Below, in pieces: positions 41,151 to 54,175 of a DNA stretch of 64,000 nucleotides. The translations under genes and the position numbers were made by a program. The notes below the pieces were generated by a model. It saw only the letters and a program-made list of their open reading frames with translations, made no database searches and was not told the DNA's origin. Origin of the DNA: Octopus sinensis (taxonomy: Eukaryota); the NCBI RefSeq assembly GCF_006345805.1, contig NC_043006.1:16616001-16680000 (forward strand), written 5' to 3'. The number at the start of each line of letters is the position of its first letter. The stretch's first letter is position 1.

Positions 41151-41206
<56 letters not shown>

Positions 41207-41299
41207 CATATATATATATAGCTGAAACAGTACTGAAGAAAATATAGATGATTTCACAAAGTTACATTTCTGTCTTCCGTAATGAATATCTAAGAATAT

Positions 41300-41668
41300 C
41301 TATCGCACATGTGAAAATATTTTTGTCAATTTCATACGAACCTGTTGGCGAACTCGAGCTCGTTCTAAAGCACGTTTCTTAAAGAACTCTATTTTCGTTT
41401 GTGCATCCATTGTTTCGATGTTTGGCTTTGTCACTAGAATCACACCATCAGACGATTCATCATTATCGAGCTTCGAAATATTCTCGTTTAAGTGTGAATC
41501 AGGTATCTTGTTGTTATTGTTCTGGTCTATTTCCGGACCGTCTACATCAATTATTGGACTGAAACATTCAACCAGCGGGAAGTTATATTTTATACTTCCA
41601 GTTGAAGTGAAATCCTGAAAAAAGTTATATTTTTTGGTAGGTGTTATTGGCAATTTCTTCAGGGACAT
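41300..41668 (-). CDS. Hypothetical 122-aa protein (single-exon gene or terminal exon)
   Basis: One of the longest ORFs in the window not built from microsatellite or recognisable TE sequence. Protein-like composition with an acidic/Asn-rich middle and a basic helical C-terminus (FFKKRALERARVRQQVRMKLTKIFSHVR). A possible in-frame acceptor (poly-T...AAG|) sits at 41693/41692. No family recognised. Confidence 0.5.
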   Translation of the reverse strand: MSLKKLPITPTKKYNFFQDFTSTGSIKYNFPLVECFSPIIDVDGPEIDQNNNNKIPDSHLNENISKLDNDESSDGVILVTKPNIETMDAQTKIEFFKKRALERARVRQQVRMKLTKIFSHVR

Positions 41669-42829
41669 TCTTCTTGAAAATTTATGAGATCCCTTTCAAT
41701 TTAAAAAAAAAAAATATGCTTTCAACACGTGTAATTATTTTCTTTATGAGCGTTGTAGCTTGTTATGTCACAACTTCGAAACTAAATACTGCTAAAACAC
41801 CCCTCTCACTCTGCTCTTTCTCTCACTCTTGTTTTTTTTTCTTTTTTCTTGTTTTTTTTTTGTCTTTTGTCGTCAGTGAATTTACTTCAATATTATTAAG
41901 AAATCGGAGGAAAAATTTCACAATCCTGAAGTCACGATAAAATTCAATATTTTGTTTCAATAAAATCCTTGTAAAAAATTGTTATTTTTGTATATGTGTG
42001 TCCTTAAAAGAAATTATCCCACACAATCAGAGCGCATAAAAAATCATCATCCAATAAGCCTCTCACTGTATCCCTCTCAGTCTTCCAGTAAAAAATTAAT
42101 ACCAGATTTGGAGAAACGCAAATATTTTTTTCTTTTTCTCTTTCTTTCTTCTTTTCTTTCCTTTTTTCTAATTTATCACTTGTCGAACGTCCTTGATTTA
42201 ACTCTGGTTATTAACCTCACTCGTCTCTCCACAGAAAAGAAGCTCTTAAATGTAAATTGGTTGGGACGATATAAGATTTTCTGAGTTATAAACTCAGTGA
42301 TAGAGACGATACAATTTTTAGGAGGAATCTTTTACAGTAAAATTTAAAGTCAAAGGTAAATGTATTGCCTGCCTACTTCAAATTACTTGAATTTGCATAA
42401 TAAATGCTTGCACTCTATCCAGGAAAAAAAGAAAAGAAAACCAAACAAAATGTTTGCAATTCAGGAATGAAAATATGCAAGATTTTTTTCAAATATTTTC
42501 GTTAATTTACATTTAATTATTGCTAATTATCAACGATTGTTTATCGAGAAGGGATTATACAAGCGATTGGTTAAAAACAACCACGCCAACAACGTGACGG
42601 TTCCAGATTCATAGGTAAACCCGCATGTGACTAAACGTGATCGTTAATCTCTGTTAAAGAGCTTTTGTAAATCCGGACATCAGCAGTAATAACAACAACA
42701 ACAACAACAACAACAATAATAAAAACGACAACAACAAGAAAATGTCTGTTGATTTGTAAAATCATGTTTAACCATTTCGAAACAGTCAATTTGAGACGTA
42801 GTAAACCGTGTTAAAGGTTAACTTAACTC

Positions 42830-43335
42830 GTAATGGACGGCGGCGACAGCGGTGGTGGCGGCGGCGGCGGTGGTGGTGGTGGTGGTGGTGGTGGTATTGG
42901 TGGTGGTGGTGGTGATGGTGGTGGTGGTGGTGGGGTGGTGGTGGTGGTGGTATTGGTGGTGGTGGTGGTGGTGGTGATGATGATGTTGATGATGATGATG
43001 ATGATGATGATGAGGATGATGATGGTGATGTTGATGGTGATGATGACGATGATGACGACGACGACGACAATGACGATGGTGATGATGATGATGATGATGT
43101 TGATGATGATGAAGATGACCATGGTGTGTCATTCTCCGTATCATCATCATCATCATTACGAAACGGAGGAGGGAGCGGATGGTGGTGATGGTGATGACGA
43201 TGACAAAAGACGACGACGATGAATAGGATGATGGTGGTGATGATGATGATCATGATAAGGATGAGAGGTGGGAAGGCACAAATACTGATAATGATGAAAC
43301 GACGATCATGATTATGATGATGATGATAATGATGA
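42830..43335 (+). repeat. Compound trinucleotide array (GGT/GGC/GAT/GAC); similar arrays at 13070-13172 and 49630-50065
   Basis: Directly visible; the triplets are related by single substitutions in one register. Confidence 0.9.
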
Positions 43336-43499
43336 AGAAAGGATCAATGTAAGTGATGCCTACGTGGGTGGGTGTAATGGTGTACCAGTCATGTTCTGGG
43401 GTTAATTCAATCGACTAGCCGCCCCCACTACCGCCCACAAAGTGGTGGAGACGTAAATACTAACAGCAGTTGTTACGCAGTAGTAGGAGACAAGCACAC

Positions 43500-43665
43500 A
43501 CACAAGACGGGCTTCTTTCAGTTTCCAACTACCACATCCATTCACAAGACTTTGGTCCACCTGAGGCTGTAGCAGAAGACACCTGTTCAAGGTGCCACGC
43601 AGTGGAATTGAACGCAGAGCCATAAGGTTGGGGGAAGGAACTTCTTAGCACACAACCACGCCTGC
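43500..43665 (-). mobile_element. SINE family B 5' half
   Basis: Reverse complement of the family B head and core. Confidence 0.75.
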
Positions 43666-44018
43666 ACAAATGTATGTGTGTGTGTGTATACATAATACAT
43701 ACATACATACATACATACACATATATATATATATATATATATAGATATATATATATATATATATATAATATTATATATATATATATATATATATGATATA
43801 TAACAATATATAATATATAATACATATACCTATACATATATATATACCATATCATATCCATATATATATATATACATATACATTATATATATATAATATA
43901 TATATATTATTATATATATATATATATATACATATATATTTATATATATGTATATATATGAATACATATATGTGCATACATATATGCATATATATATGTA
44001 AATAGATAGATAGATAGT

Positions 44019-44075
<57 letters not shown>

Positions 44076-44420
44076 CAGAAACGAAGGTTTACAATATTGG
44101 ATTGGTATAGTTTAATCATGCAATACGATTTGCAGTTGAAGAACAATTGCTATTGGCTACAGACTGTTCTGTGTGGTTATGTAATAATTACGTAATACAC
44201 TCATCGGCCCACTCTGGATAAATAATCCCTCGAAATAGTCTGTAGCCAGTAGCAATGAGGCCTTACAATAAATTGCATTACATGTACATAGCTACACACA
44301 CACACACACATTCATGCATATTCCAGTAATCTCTCTCTCCCTCCTCTCTCTCTCTCTCGATATATATATATAGATATATATATATATATATTATATTATA
44401 TATATATATATATATTATAT

Positions 44421-44479
<59 letters not shown>

Positions 44480-44491
44480 TTATATATCAAA

Positions 44492-44724
44492 GGCGGCAAG
44501 CTGGCAGAATCGTTAGCACGCCGGGCGAAATGCGTAGCCGTATTTCGTCTGCCGTTACGCTGCTCTGAGTTCAAATTCCGCCGCGGTCGACTTTGCCTTT
44601 CATCCTTTCGGGGTCGATAAATAAAGTACCAGTTACGCACTGGGGTCTATGTCATCGACTTAATCCCTTTGTCTGTCTTTATTTGTCCCCTCTATGTTTA
44701 GCCCCTTGTGGGCAATAAAGAAAT
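44492..44724 (+). mobile_element. SINE family A, full length
   Basis: Same head, core and tail as 40291; duplicated at 46051-46278. Confidence 0.9.
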
Positions 44725-45174
44725 ATATATTATATATTATATATGTATACATATATATGCATACATATATATACGTATATATATATATATATATATATAC
44801 ATGTGTGTGTGTGTAATATATATATATATATATATATATATGAGAAATAGGGACAAGCATGAGTTTATATTATAGTTCCTACGCACGTTTCACCATTATG
44901 GTCGTTGGAACCGTGCAATAGGTGTACCATGTGCAATTAGATGCTCGACGATAACGAATCATCAGAGAACGATTTATTGCATAAGTTACATATAACTACG
45001 TCCCTATAAATACATACATACACACATACATATATATATCCATACATACATGCATGCATACGTATGCTCGTGTATGGGTGTGTGTGTGTCTTAAAATTTA
45101 TACTAATTTTGCCTGAAACAAAGTTGGCGGTGTTCATGCCAAATAACATGATGTTAAGGGGCAAAAAGGGTAGA

Positions 45175-45461
45175 GACCCCCTTCGGTCTTGAATGACCAT
45201 GGGACTGCACCTAGTAAGTTACCCTCCCATGCACAAGTCCGGGCAAGGTTGTTTTATGGAAGACCAGCAGTCGCCCATGCATACCGGCCTCCCCTCTCTC
45301 CACGCCACTGATGTTATCCAAGGGAAAGGCAAAGGGGTCGATACAGCTTCGCACCCGTGACGTCACAACTCAATTCCACAGATGAATGAGCTGGAGCAAC
45401 GTGAAATAAAGTGTTTTGCTCGAGAACACAACGCACAGCCTTGTACGGGAATCGAACTCAC
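45175..45461 (-). mobile_element. SINE family D (duplicate at 46725-47011)
   Basis: B box GAGTTCGATTCCC on minus, CORE-like domain and shared tail. Confidence 0.85.
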
Positions 45462-45727
45462 ACCCACAGACATGCATTATATATAAGATAATATATAAAT
45501 AACTGTGCTTGTGGTGACCTTCGCCAAGGAATAAGTTCTCGGCTGGCCGCGTTTAATGATTATTCTCCTTGTAACATATTTCTTCGCTGCTATAATTCAT
45601 TGACATTTGTAAGAGATCAAAAGAAATCAGAGATAAAATATAAGCAGTGGAAATGGAATATAATCAGAGTGTGGGGTTGGGTAGGTTAGTGTGAATGTGT
45701 GTGTTTTTATGTATGCTTGTATGCATG

Positions 45728-45759
<32 letters not shown>

Positions 45760-45769
45760 TATAATATAC

Positions 45770-45820
<51 letters not shown>

Positions 45821-46003
45821 GCCACACGGTGGGCGTCATTTGAAGGCTAAAACAATGAGAAGTGCATTGTGACCAGCGATGTGTAGCAGCATCTGATAGC
45901 CTGGTCGGTCACGGTGATCACGATGATATCTATATATATATATATATATATTATATAATATATATATATATATATATAATATTATATATAATAGATAGAT
46001 AGT

Positions 46004-46038
<35 letters not shown>

Positions 46039-46050
46039 TTATATATCAAA

Positions 46051-46278
46051 GGCGGCAAGCTGGCAGAATCGTTAGCACGCCGGGCGAAATGCGTAGCCGT
46101 ATTTCGTCTGCCGTTACGCTGCTCTGAGTTCAAATTCCGCCGCGGTCGACTTTGCCTTTCATCCTTTCGGGGTCGATAAATAAAGTACCAGTTACGCACT
46201 GGGGTCTATGTATCGACTTATCCCTTTGTCTGTCTTTATTTGTCCCTCTATGTTTAGCCCCTTGTGGCAATAAAGAAA
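46051..46278 (+). mobile_element. SINE family A, inside the tandem duplication
   Basis: Copy of 44492-44724 with single-base deletions. Confidence 0.85.
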
Positions 46279-46354
46279 TTATATTATATATTATATATGT
46301 ATACATATATATGCATACATATATATACGTATATTATATAATATATATATAACA

Positions 46355-46397
<43 letters not shown>

Positions 46398-47277
46398 AAT
46401 AGGGACAAGCATGAGTTTATATTATAGTTCCTACGCACGTTTCACCATTATGGTCGTTGGAACCGTGCAATAGGTGTACCATGTGCAATTAGATGCTCGA
46501 CGATAACGAATCATCAGAGAACGATTTATTGCATAAGTTACATATAACTACGTCCCTATAAATACATACATACACACATACATATATATACATACATACA
46601 TGCATGCATACGTATGCTCGTGTATGTGTGTGTGTGTGTCTTAAAATTTATACTAATTTTGCCTGAAACAAAGTTGGCGGTGTTCATGCCAAATAACATG
46701 ATGTTAAGGGGCAAAAAGGGTAGAGACCCCCTTCGGTCTTGAATGACCATGGGACTGCACCTAGTAAGTTACCCTCCCATGCACAAGTCCGGGCAAGGTT
46801 GTTTTATGGAAGACCAGCAGTCGCCCATGCTACCGGCCTCCCCTCCTCTCTCACACGCCACTGATGTATCAAGGGAAAGGCAAAGGGTCGATACAGCTTC
46901 GCACCCGTGACGTCACAACTCAATTCCACAGATGAATGAGCTGGAGCAACGTGAAATAAAGTGTTTTGCTCGAGAACACAACGCACAGCCTTGTACGGGA
47001 ATCGAACTCACACCCACAGACATGCATTATATATAAGATAATATATAAATAACTGTGCTTGTGGTGACCTTCGCCAAGGAATAAGTTCTCGGCTGGCCGC
47101 GTTTAATGATTATTCTCCTTGTAACATATTTCTTCGCTGCTATAATTCATTGACATTTGTAAGAGATCAAAAGAAATCAGAGATAAAATATAAGCAGTGG
47201 AAATGGAATATAATCAGAGTGTGGGGGTGGGTAGGTTAGTGTGAATGTGTGTGTTTGTATGTATGCTTGTATGCATG

Positions 47278-47313
<36 letters not shown>

Positions 47314-47369
47314 TATAGTATATATATATATAATAATATATATATAATATATACTATATATATTATATT

Positions 47370-47411
<42 letters not shown>

Positions 47412-48067
47412 ATATATATCTATATTATATATATGCCAGCGGGGTGGCGTCATTTGAAGGCTAAAACAATGAGAAGTGCATTGTGACCAGCGATGTGTAG
47501 CGCATCTGATAGCCTGGTCGTCACGGTGATCACGATGATATATATATATAATATATATATATACGGTGAACTTCGTAAAGAAGTAAGAGCATGTCACATG
47601 ATACTATATAATCTCACAGTTCTTCAGTCCTAACTCCACAGGAGCCGTCAATAAACTCTCGGATATGACGAACACTATCGGAGCAACATTACTTGCCTCC
47701 ATGCTGGATATCATTGAGAATACATTGCACGACCTGAAGCAGTAAAAACTGATCGGATCATTAATCTTATCCTTTTGTGTTTATTGATATGGCCGTGTAA
47801 ACAATCACACTCACAGCTCGATCAATTTTCGCCATTTCAATAATGTACAATCTCAGTTCTGTATAAATGTAACTAACTATGCGATGTGGCTCATATACGA
47901 TGTAACCCAGAAAGAAGATAATTAAGCATAAGTGGAGTGTAAGTTCATCCATTCTTGACCAGGTCGCTATTAAATGAAACCTTAATGAAAGAAACATTGC
48001 TTGTTAGAGCAGAAAAATAAATTGAGATGATAATAATAATAATAATAATGATAATAATATTAATAAT

Positions 48068-48338
48068 GGTTTCAAGTTTTGGCACAAGGTCAGTAATTTC
48101 AAGGGAGTAAGGTAGGTCGATTACATCGACTCAGTACCTATTTTATCGATCCAGAGAGAAGTTGAAAGGCAAAGTCGGCCTCGGCGGAATTTGAACTCGG
48201 AATGTAAAGACAGGTGAAATGCCTGTCTATGGTCGGCCCGAGGCAATAGTAGTAGACACGGGCCCAAGCTGCCACGCAGTAGGACTGAACCCAGATCCAT
48301 GTGGCTGGTAAGCAAGCTACTTACCACACAGCCACTCC
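48068..48338 (-). mobile_element. Family B head (48228-48338) joined to a family A body (48068-48225)
   Basis: Both segments are on minus and directly adjacent. Confidence 0.75.
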
Positions 48339-49750
48339 TCGTTTCGCTTCGTAGAATTTAGTATATAGGTTATTTCCTAAGTGTTTTATGAAGAATTCGA
48401 ATATGCAGATATTTGTGGCTAGTGATGTTATATTTTTGCAGATTTCCCCAAGCCTTCAGCAAAACAGTAAAGTTCTAGAATAGTTCTACTGTAATAGCAA
48501 GCCATTTTACCTTAATTTCCTCCTTAGCATTGATTACAATCTACTTTTTACAATTTTCATCTATGTCACATTATAATCATTAACCCTAAAGTCTTTTTAC
48601 AATTTCAAATTTAAGGAAAAAATCGTGTTTGCGTGACAGTTTAAAATTGCAGACGACAGCTGTTGTTCTACAGCGCCATATTTATTTATTTACTTATTCT
48701 ATTTTTCACAAATAACCCGACAGCACTACTTCGATTAGTTTCACTTCTTTTAACTTTGCGGACATCAGACTTAAGTTTATTTCCGTTCCGTCTGTCAATG
48801 ATTCGAACAAACACATCTTTCTCTCATTACCTTTCTCTTTTTGTTGTTGTTGTTGTTGAATTTTTCGACGATGCCGCCATTGTTACTACGATGTTTCTTT
48901 ATTTGTTTATATATGTTTTTGAAGTTGTCGATGTTCTAAACGTTGTTGTTATGACCTTTGCGTTTCCGCAGTTTTAACTGTTTTTAGTCTAGCCTTTCTA
49001 CATATTACTGTTATTAAACTACCGTTGCTGCTGCTGCTGCTGCTGCTGCTTCTTTCGCTGTTATTAATTGTGTTTATTAATTAGCGAACACCTGAAATAC
49101 ATTTCTTTTGCCTTTACTCACTCGCGATTGATGTCTGGGCGGCATTGTTTATCTAAGCCCCACTAATTAGTCTCCCTCAAGAGGGCATCTGAGAAAACTT
49201 CGGCAAAGCTGAACAAAACTACTTTGGGGACCTGGAATGGGAGAGGAGGATTGTCGCAAACTTCAAAGGTGTGTAGCTTGTTCTCTCTGTCTCTCACTCT
49301 CTCTCTCTCTCTCTCTCTCTGTTTCTCTGTCTCTCTCTTTCTCTCTTTGTAGGAAGGGATCCAGCATTTAGTCACCGATTCTCCCTTTAATAGGCCCTGC
49401 CTCTCATTTCCATCAACTTCCAGGTGTTCCTTGGCACATTATATATCTACAGGAATGGCCAGTCCTAGAATTGCACGTCTTTTCGTTGCGGACAGAGAAA
49501 ACTTAGGCAAGAGAATTATCAAATCCGTTTCGATTAAAAGAAAAATTAGAAGGAAAAAGTAACATGGACACGATACATAGAGCATATATGTGATGGCTGA
49601 GTAGATAATTACATACACTCAGTAATACTGTTGCTGCTGCTGCTCATGATGATGATGATGATGGTGGTGATGACGGTGTCGAAAGTGGTGGTGACGGTGG
49701 TAGTGTGATGATGATGATGATAATAATGATGAAGACGGTGGTAGTACTTG

Positions 49751-49801
<51 letters not shown>

Positions 49802-49855
49802 CGGCGACGACGACGACGACGATGATTGCAGTGGTGATGTTGATGATGATGATGG

Positions 49856-49887
<32 letters not shown>

Positions 49888-49937
49888 ATGATAATCACGA
49901 TGATGACGACGACGACGACGACGAGTTGATAATAGGA

Positions 49938-49978
<41 letters not shown>

Positions 49979-50631
49979 ATGACGATCACGCCGCCGATGA
50001 CGCTGATGACGAACACGATGACGATGATGACGATGATGATGATGACGATGACGATGACGATGAAGAATGAAAAAAGACTGTAGTGGCTTTCAAAAGTCGC
50101 AACTTTAACCGTTTTTTTTTTCTTAACCTAATTCAAAAGAAAAAAAAAAGCAAAAAAAAAAAAAATCAGATGTAAAAAAAAAAAAGAAAAATCTACCCAT
50201 TTTTCTTTTTCCTTTCTTTTCTTTTCAGTAAATCGTTCACTCACCTCTCCGCCCCCCACACACACCTTTTTCCATCACAACACACACACACACATTCATT
50301 TCATACCCATTCGTATTATTAGAGTTTCATTGTGTCTCTCCCTTATTGTGTGAGTCTCTTTCCCTTTTTCTCTTTTTTCGTTTTCCTGTTCTTTCTTTCC
50401 TTCCTTCTCTCCTTTCTTTCTTTTCGTCTTTCTTGCGACAATTATATAATTGAGACGGCTGAGATATTGACTTTAGAAAGAGTGTAGGAAGTGATAGCAA
50501 AATGTTATTACACAGGCATGCGCACATACACACACAACATACACACATACAAATAGTCATACATGTATACATATATACGCGTGTGTGGATGTGTGCGCAT
50601 ATTCACATATGTATACATACATATATATATA

Positions 50632-50674
<43 letters not shown>

Positions 50675-50693
50675 GTGTGTGTGTGGTGTGTGC

Positions 50694-50751
<58 letters not shown>

Positions 50752-50920
50752 TGCATACACCATGTACGTGTGTGTGTGTCCTCCCTCCCATAGGACATTT
50801 CAGCAATTACACAAAGTAATATAGTATATTAAGTTAAAACGTTATTATCTCATCGTCATCATCATCATCATTATGCACACACACACACACACACACACAA
50901 CACACATGTATATATATAAT

Positions 50921-50962
<42 letters not shown>

Positions 50963-51620
50963 TATGTATGTATGTATGTATATTGATTTCTGTATAATAG
51001 TTACATGTGAAATTTCGCTAAGTGAATGGATAATCGATTAAACAGAACTCGTAACATACAGGTATTTGATCAACTTTAACAGGATTTTAACTGGAAGCAC
51101 AAAGAAAGGGAACTAAATATTACAAAGCATTGCTTTGCGATACTTCTTCTGGCGCTATACGTTCTTAGTTCAATCCCCACTGGTATCAACTTTGCCTATA
51201 ATCCTTTTAAAGTTGATAAAAAAATTACCTGGGCCGTGTCACTAGCCCTTATCAACACACAAACACACACACATATGACACATATGCAGGCGCGCCTTCG
51301 TTTTAGGATCACCAATACTTTATTATCTCCCCTTCTTTCAACCTCTCCTGTCAAAACTTTTTTTTCCAACCAGTCGCCATGCTTGACCGCTAAATCCACA
51401 AGTTTTTTTTTTGTTCTCTCTCTGTTTATTTTTTCATATTCCTTTCTCTTGAAGAGCGTAGGCTCGAATCGTCAAAGACTTTCTTATTTTCCCGAGCATC
51501 AAACTAATGCACGTGCTTGTTGTTCATACACCTATCTTCGCCTTTTGTTTTTCTGTAAACTTCAACTGTATATTTATATATATATATATATGTGAATGTG
51601 TGTATGTGCGTGTAGATAAA

Positions 51621-51736
<116 letters not shown>

Positions 51737-51951
51737 GAGATAGAGAGATAGACAGATATAAATTTGGAACGAGGGAAAGAATCAGATGTTGAATATGAAA
51801 ATATGGGGGAGCGAGAGAAGGCAAGATACTTGATCAAATGTCATACAGTAGGATCGAACCTGGGGCTTCAGTACTGTGAAGCGAACATCTTGACCACTCG
51901 ACCACGCCTCTAGCCATAACACACGCGCACACACGCACGCACACTCGCACG

Positions 51952-51992
<41 letters not shown>

Positions 51993-51999
51993 ATACACT

Positions 52000-52227
52000 C
52001 ACGGTTCGGTAACATGACTCTCGTTAAAGAATGACAATATCGGTTTGGGTGGATAATTGTTAATGTGCGATCCACTCAACATGGGTCTGACTATAGAATA
52101 ACAGAATGTAGGTTTGAGCGAATCCTCTTGTAATTTACGATTCACTCAACATGGCTCGGCCTGTAGTATAACAGAATATAGGTTTGTGCGAATAATCTTG
52201 CATATTACGAATCACTCAACGTGGCTC
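52000..52227 (+). repeat. Diverged 70-bp minisatellite, ~3 units
   Basis: CGA..CACTCAAC at 52068, 52138 and 52208, with a weaker unit upstream. Confidence 0.8.
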
Positions 52228-52842
52228 TCAATTCAAAGTGTTCCTTCTTTTCCTTCTATTTCTTTTTAGTGAAATCCTAGAAAGATGGCCGAATCGATAT
52301 GACGCTCGAACTGCTAGCCAAAATATCGATATTTTTGTCTTATGACTACGGCTTTGTGATGTCTTTCACATCTAAGACATTTAACTCCTGCTGACACAAT
52401 CCGCCTAGCTGTTACTTCGATCATGAATCAGAATCGAGTCGCAAAGTCAACTTGCCGAAAGCTTATTTCTGCTCCAAGCACTCACCTACCGTATGCGTTA
52501 TTGATTTCATACATAGTTACAAAGGTTCAGATACATGGGGGAAGAGAAATGAGATTATGTGATGTGCATGCATGTTGGAACCTTTACTTAGTTCCCTGGG
52601 GCGTTTACCATATTATCGGATCGAAAGATACCAATAGTAAGATATTGATATCTTTCGACTAGATAATACAAAGCTGATTTTCACTTAGAGGATTAAAATT
52701 ATCAATGATTTTTCTGTATATTATAGGTATAACTTGAAACTATAAAATGAAAACTAAATTTACCAATGTTTTATATCAGCGCTCTCCTCTTTTTGTTTTT
52801 GCTAACTTCCTTGATAAATTTTGGCCATAAAGAAAATTTTAT

Positions 52843-52904
<62 letters not shown>

Positions 52905-53029
52905 TAACCAATTTCAACGGATTTCGCCCAAATTTGACGTCGATATTACTTAGTTTGGTTTGAAATAAAGAACTTGATTAGCTTAATAATCGTAACTTAA
53001 TCCCGGGCAAGGCTGGGTTATACTGCTAG
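52905..53029 (+). mobile_element. Helitron 3' end
   Basis: CCCGGGCAAGGCTGGG hairpin followed by TTATACTGCTAG|T; the 5' side is lost in (TA)n. Confidence 0.65.
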
Positions 53030-53060
53030 TGTATATATATATGGTGTGTGTGTGTGTGTA

Positions 53061-53298
53061 CAGGTTTGGCCAAAAGTCACCTGACAGTAAATCAAAACCA
53101 TTTAATTCCAAAATTTATTTATGTTTAACAACTGAATGAATTTAATAAAAGCGTCTAAATATGAAGCGTCATGAAAACAGTTCAAACTGAAGTCCTTCTC
53201 GACGAGCGGCACCATTTCCCCAAATGAATAAATAAAATTGAATATTTAAGTATTTATGGAACTTTGATTTATTGTCGGGTGACTTTTGGCCAACCCTG
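53061..53298. mobile_element. Tc1/mariner-type MITE
   Basis: ~36-bp TIRs CAGG(T/G)TTGGCCAAAAGTCACC(T/C)GACA(G/A)TAAATCAAA, flanked by TA on the left and TC (mutated TA) on the right. Confidence 0.85.
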
Positions 53299-53799
53299 TC
53301 TATATGAGGATACTTTATTTAAGCCGTCTAATGGACTCTCTCAAGGACGTAAGCGATGAAAACGTGGTGAAATGGATGCAATAACATACTAAAAAAAAAA
53401 ACCGAGGTGCGAATCATTTATTTCGTTAAGAGTACCATTAAACCTATGTCACTCATTTCTCTTCTACGCTTGAATGCAATACCGTGCAGTTACAAATAGT
53501 TATTTCGAATATCCTATTTCAATTCAGCCTTATCTTAAGTAAAGATATTATACAAGTTGGTTCGGCCTGCACTGCTTCACTCAAATCTTTTCTTCTTAGT
53601 TATCTAAACAAAAACGGAAGTCGACTATTAGACTACAGAAAAATCAAATACCGTGGTTGTTTGAAAGAGTAAGCTTGGCAGAAAATGTTTATCTGTTTAT
53701 TTATTGTTTTATTTATTTATTGTTTTATTCCTTATTCGTGTAGTAGTGAAGTAATGGGGTTGATGTAATCGGCTTCACCCCTTCCCTGCAGAATTGTTA

Positions 53800-54175
53800 T
53801 CACGTCAGACAAAATGCATTGAGGCATTTCTTCTGACTCTTTATGTTCTGAGTTCAAATCCCACCGAGATCGATCTTGCTTTTATCCTTTCGAACTCGAT
53901 AAAATAAGTACCAGACAAGATTTCAGGCCTTGTACCAATAGTAGAAAGAAAATATTACTATTTTTGTTAATGGCGGTGAAGCTGTAGAAGCGATAGCGCA
54001 TCGGACAAAGTGTTTAGCGATATTTCTTCCGGCTTTTATGTTCTGAGTTCAAATGCCACCGAAGTCAAATTTACCTTTTATCATTTCGGAGTTGATAAAA
54101 TAAAGTACCAGTCAAGTATGGTGTCGTGGGACGACTAACCCCCATCCTCAAAATTGTTGGCCTTGTGCTTTAACC
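53800..54175 (+). mobile_element. Two old, diverged SINE family A-related copies
   Basis: TATGTTCTGAGTTCAAAT...CTTT.ATC.TTTCG...GATAAAATAA.GTACCAG occurs twice. Confidence 0.7.

Larger units (their letters stand above)
44400..47540 (+). repeat. Tandem duplication, ~1.56 kb unit x2
   Basis: Offset of 1559 bp between SINE heads at 44492 and 46051. Unique spacers, SINE D and the SINE C tail repeat in the same order. Confidence 0.95.

Noticed and set aside
42786-43253. Poly-Gly/His/Pro/Ser ORFs resembling low-complexity transcription-factor regions (also 49609-50016)
   Set aside because: Open in several frames on both strands, no flanking domain or splice support; pure trinucleotide arrays.
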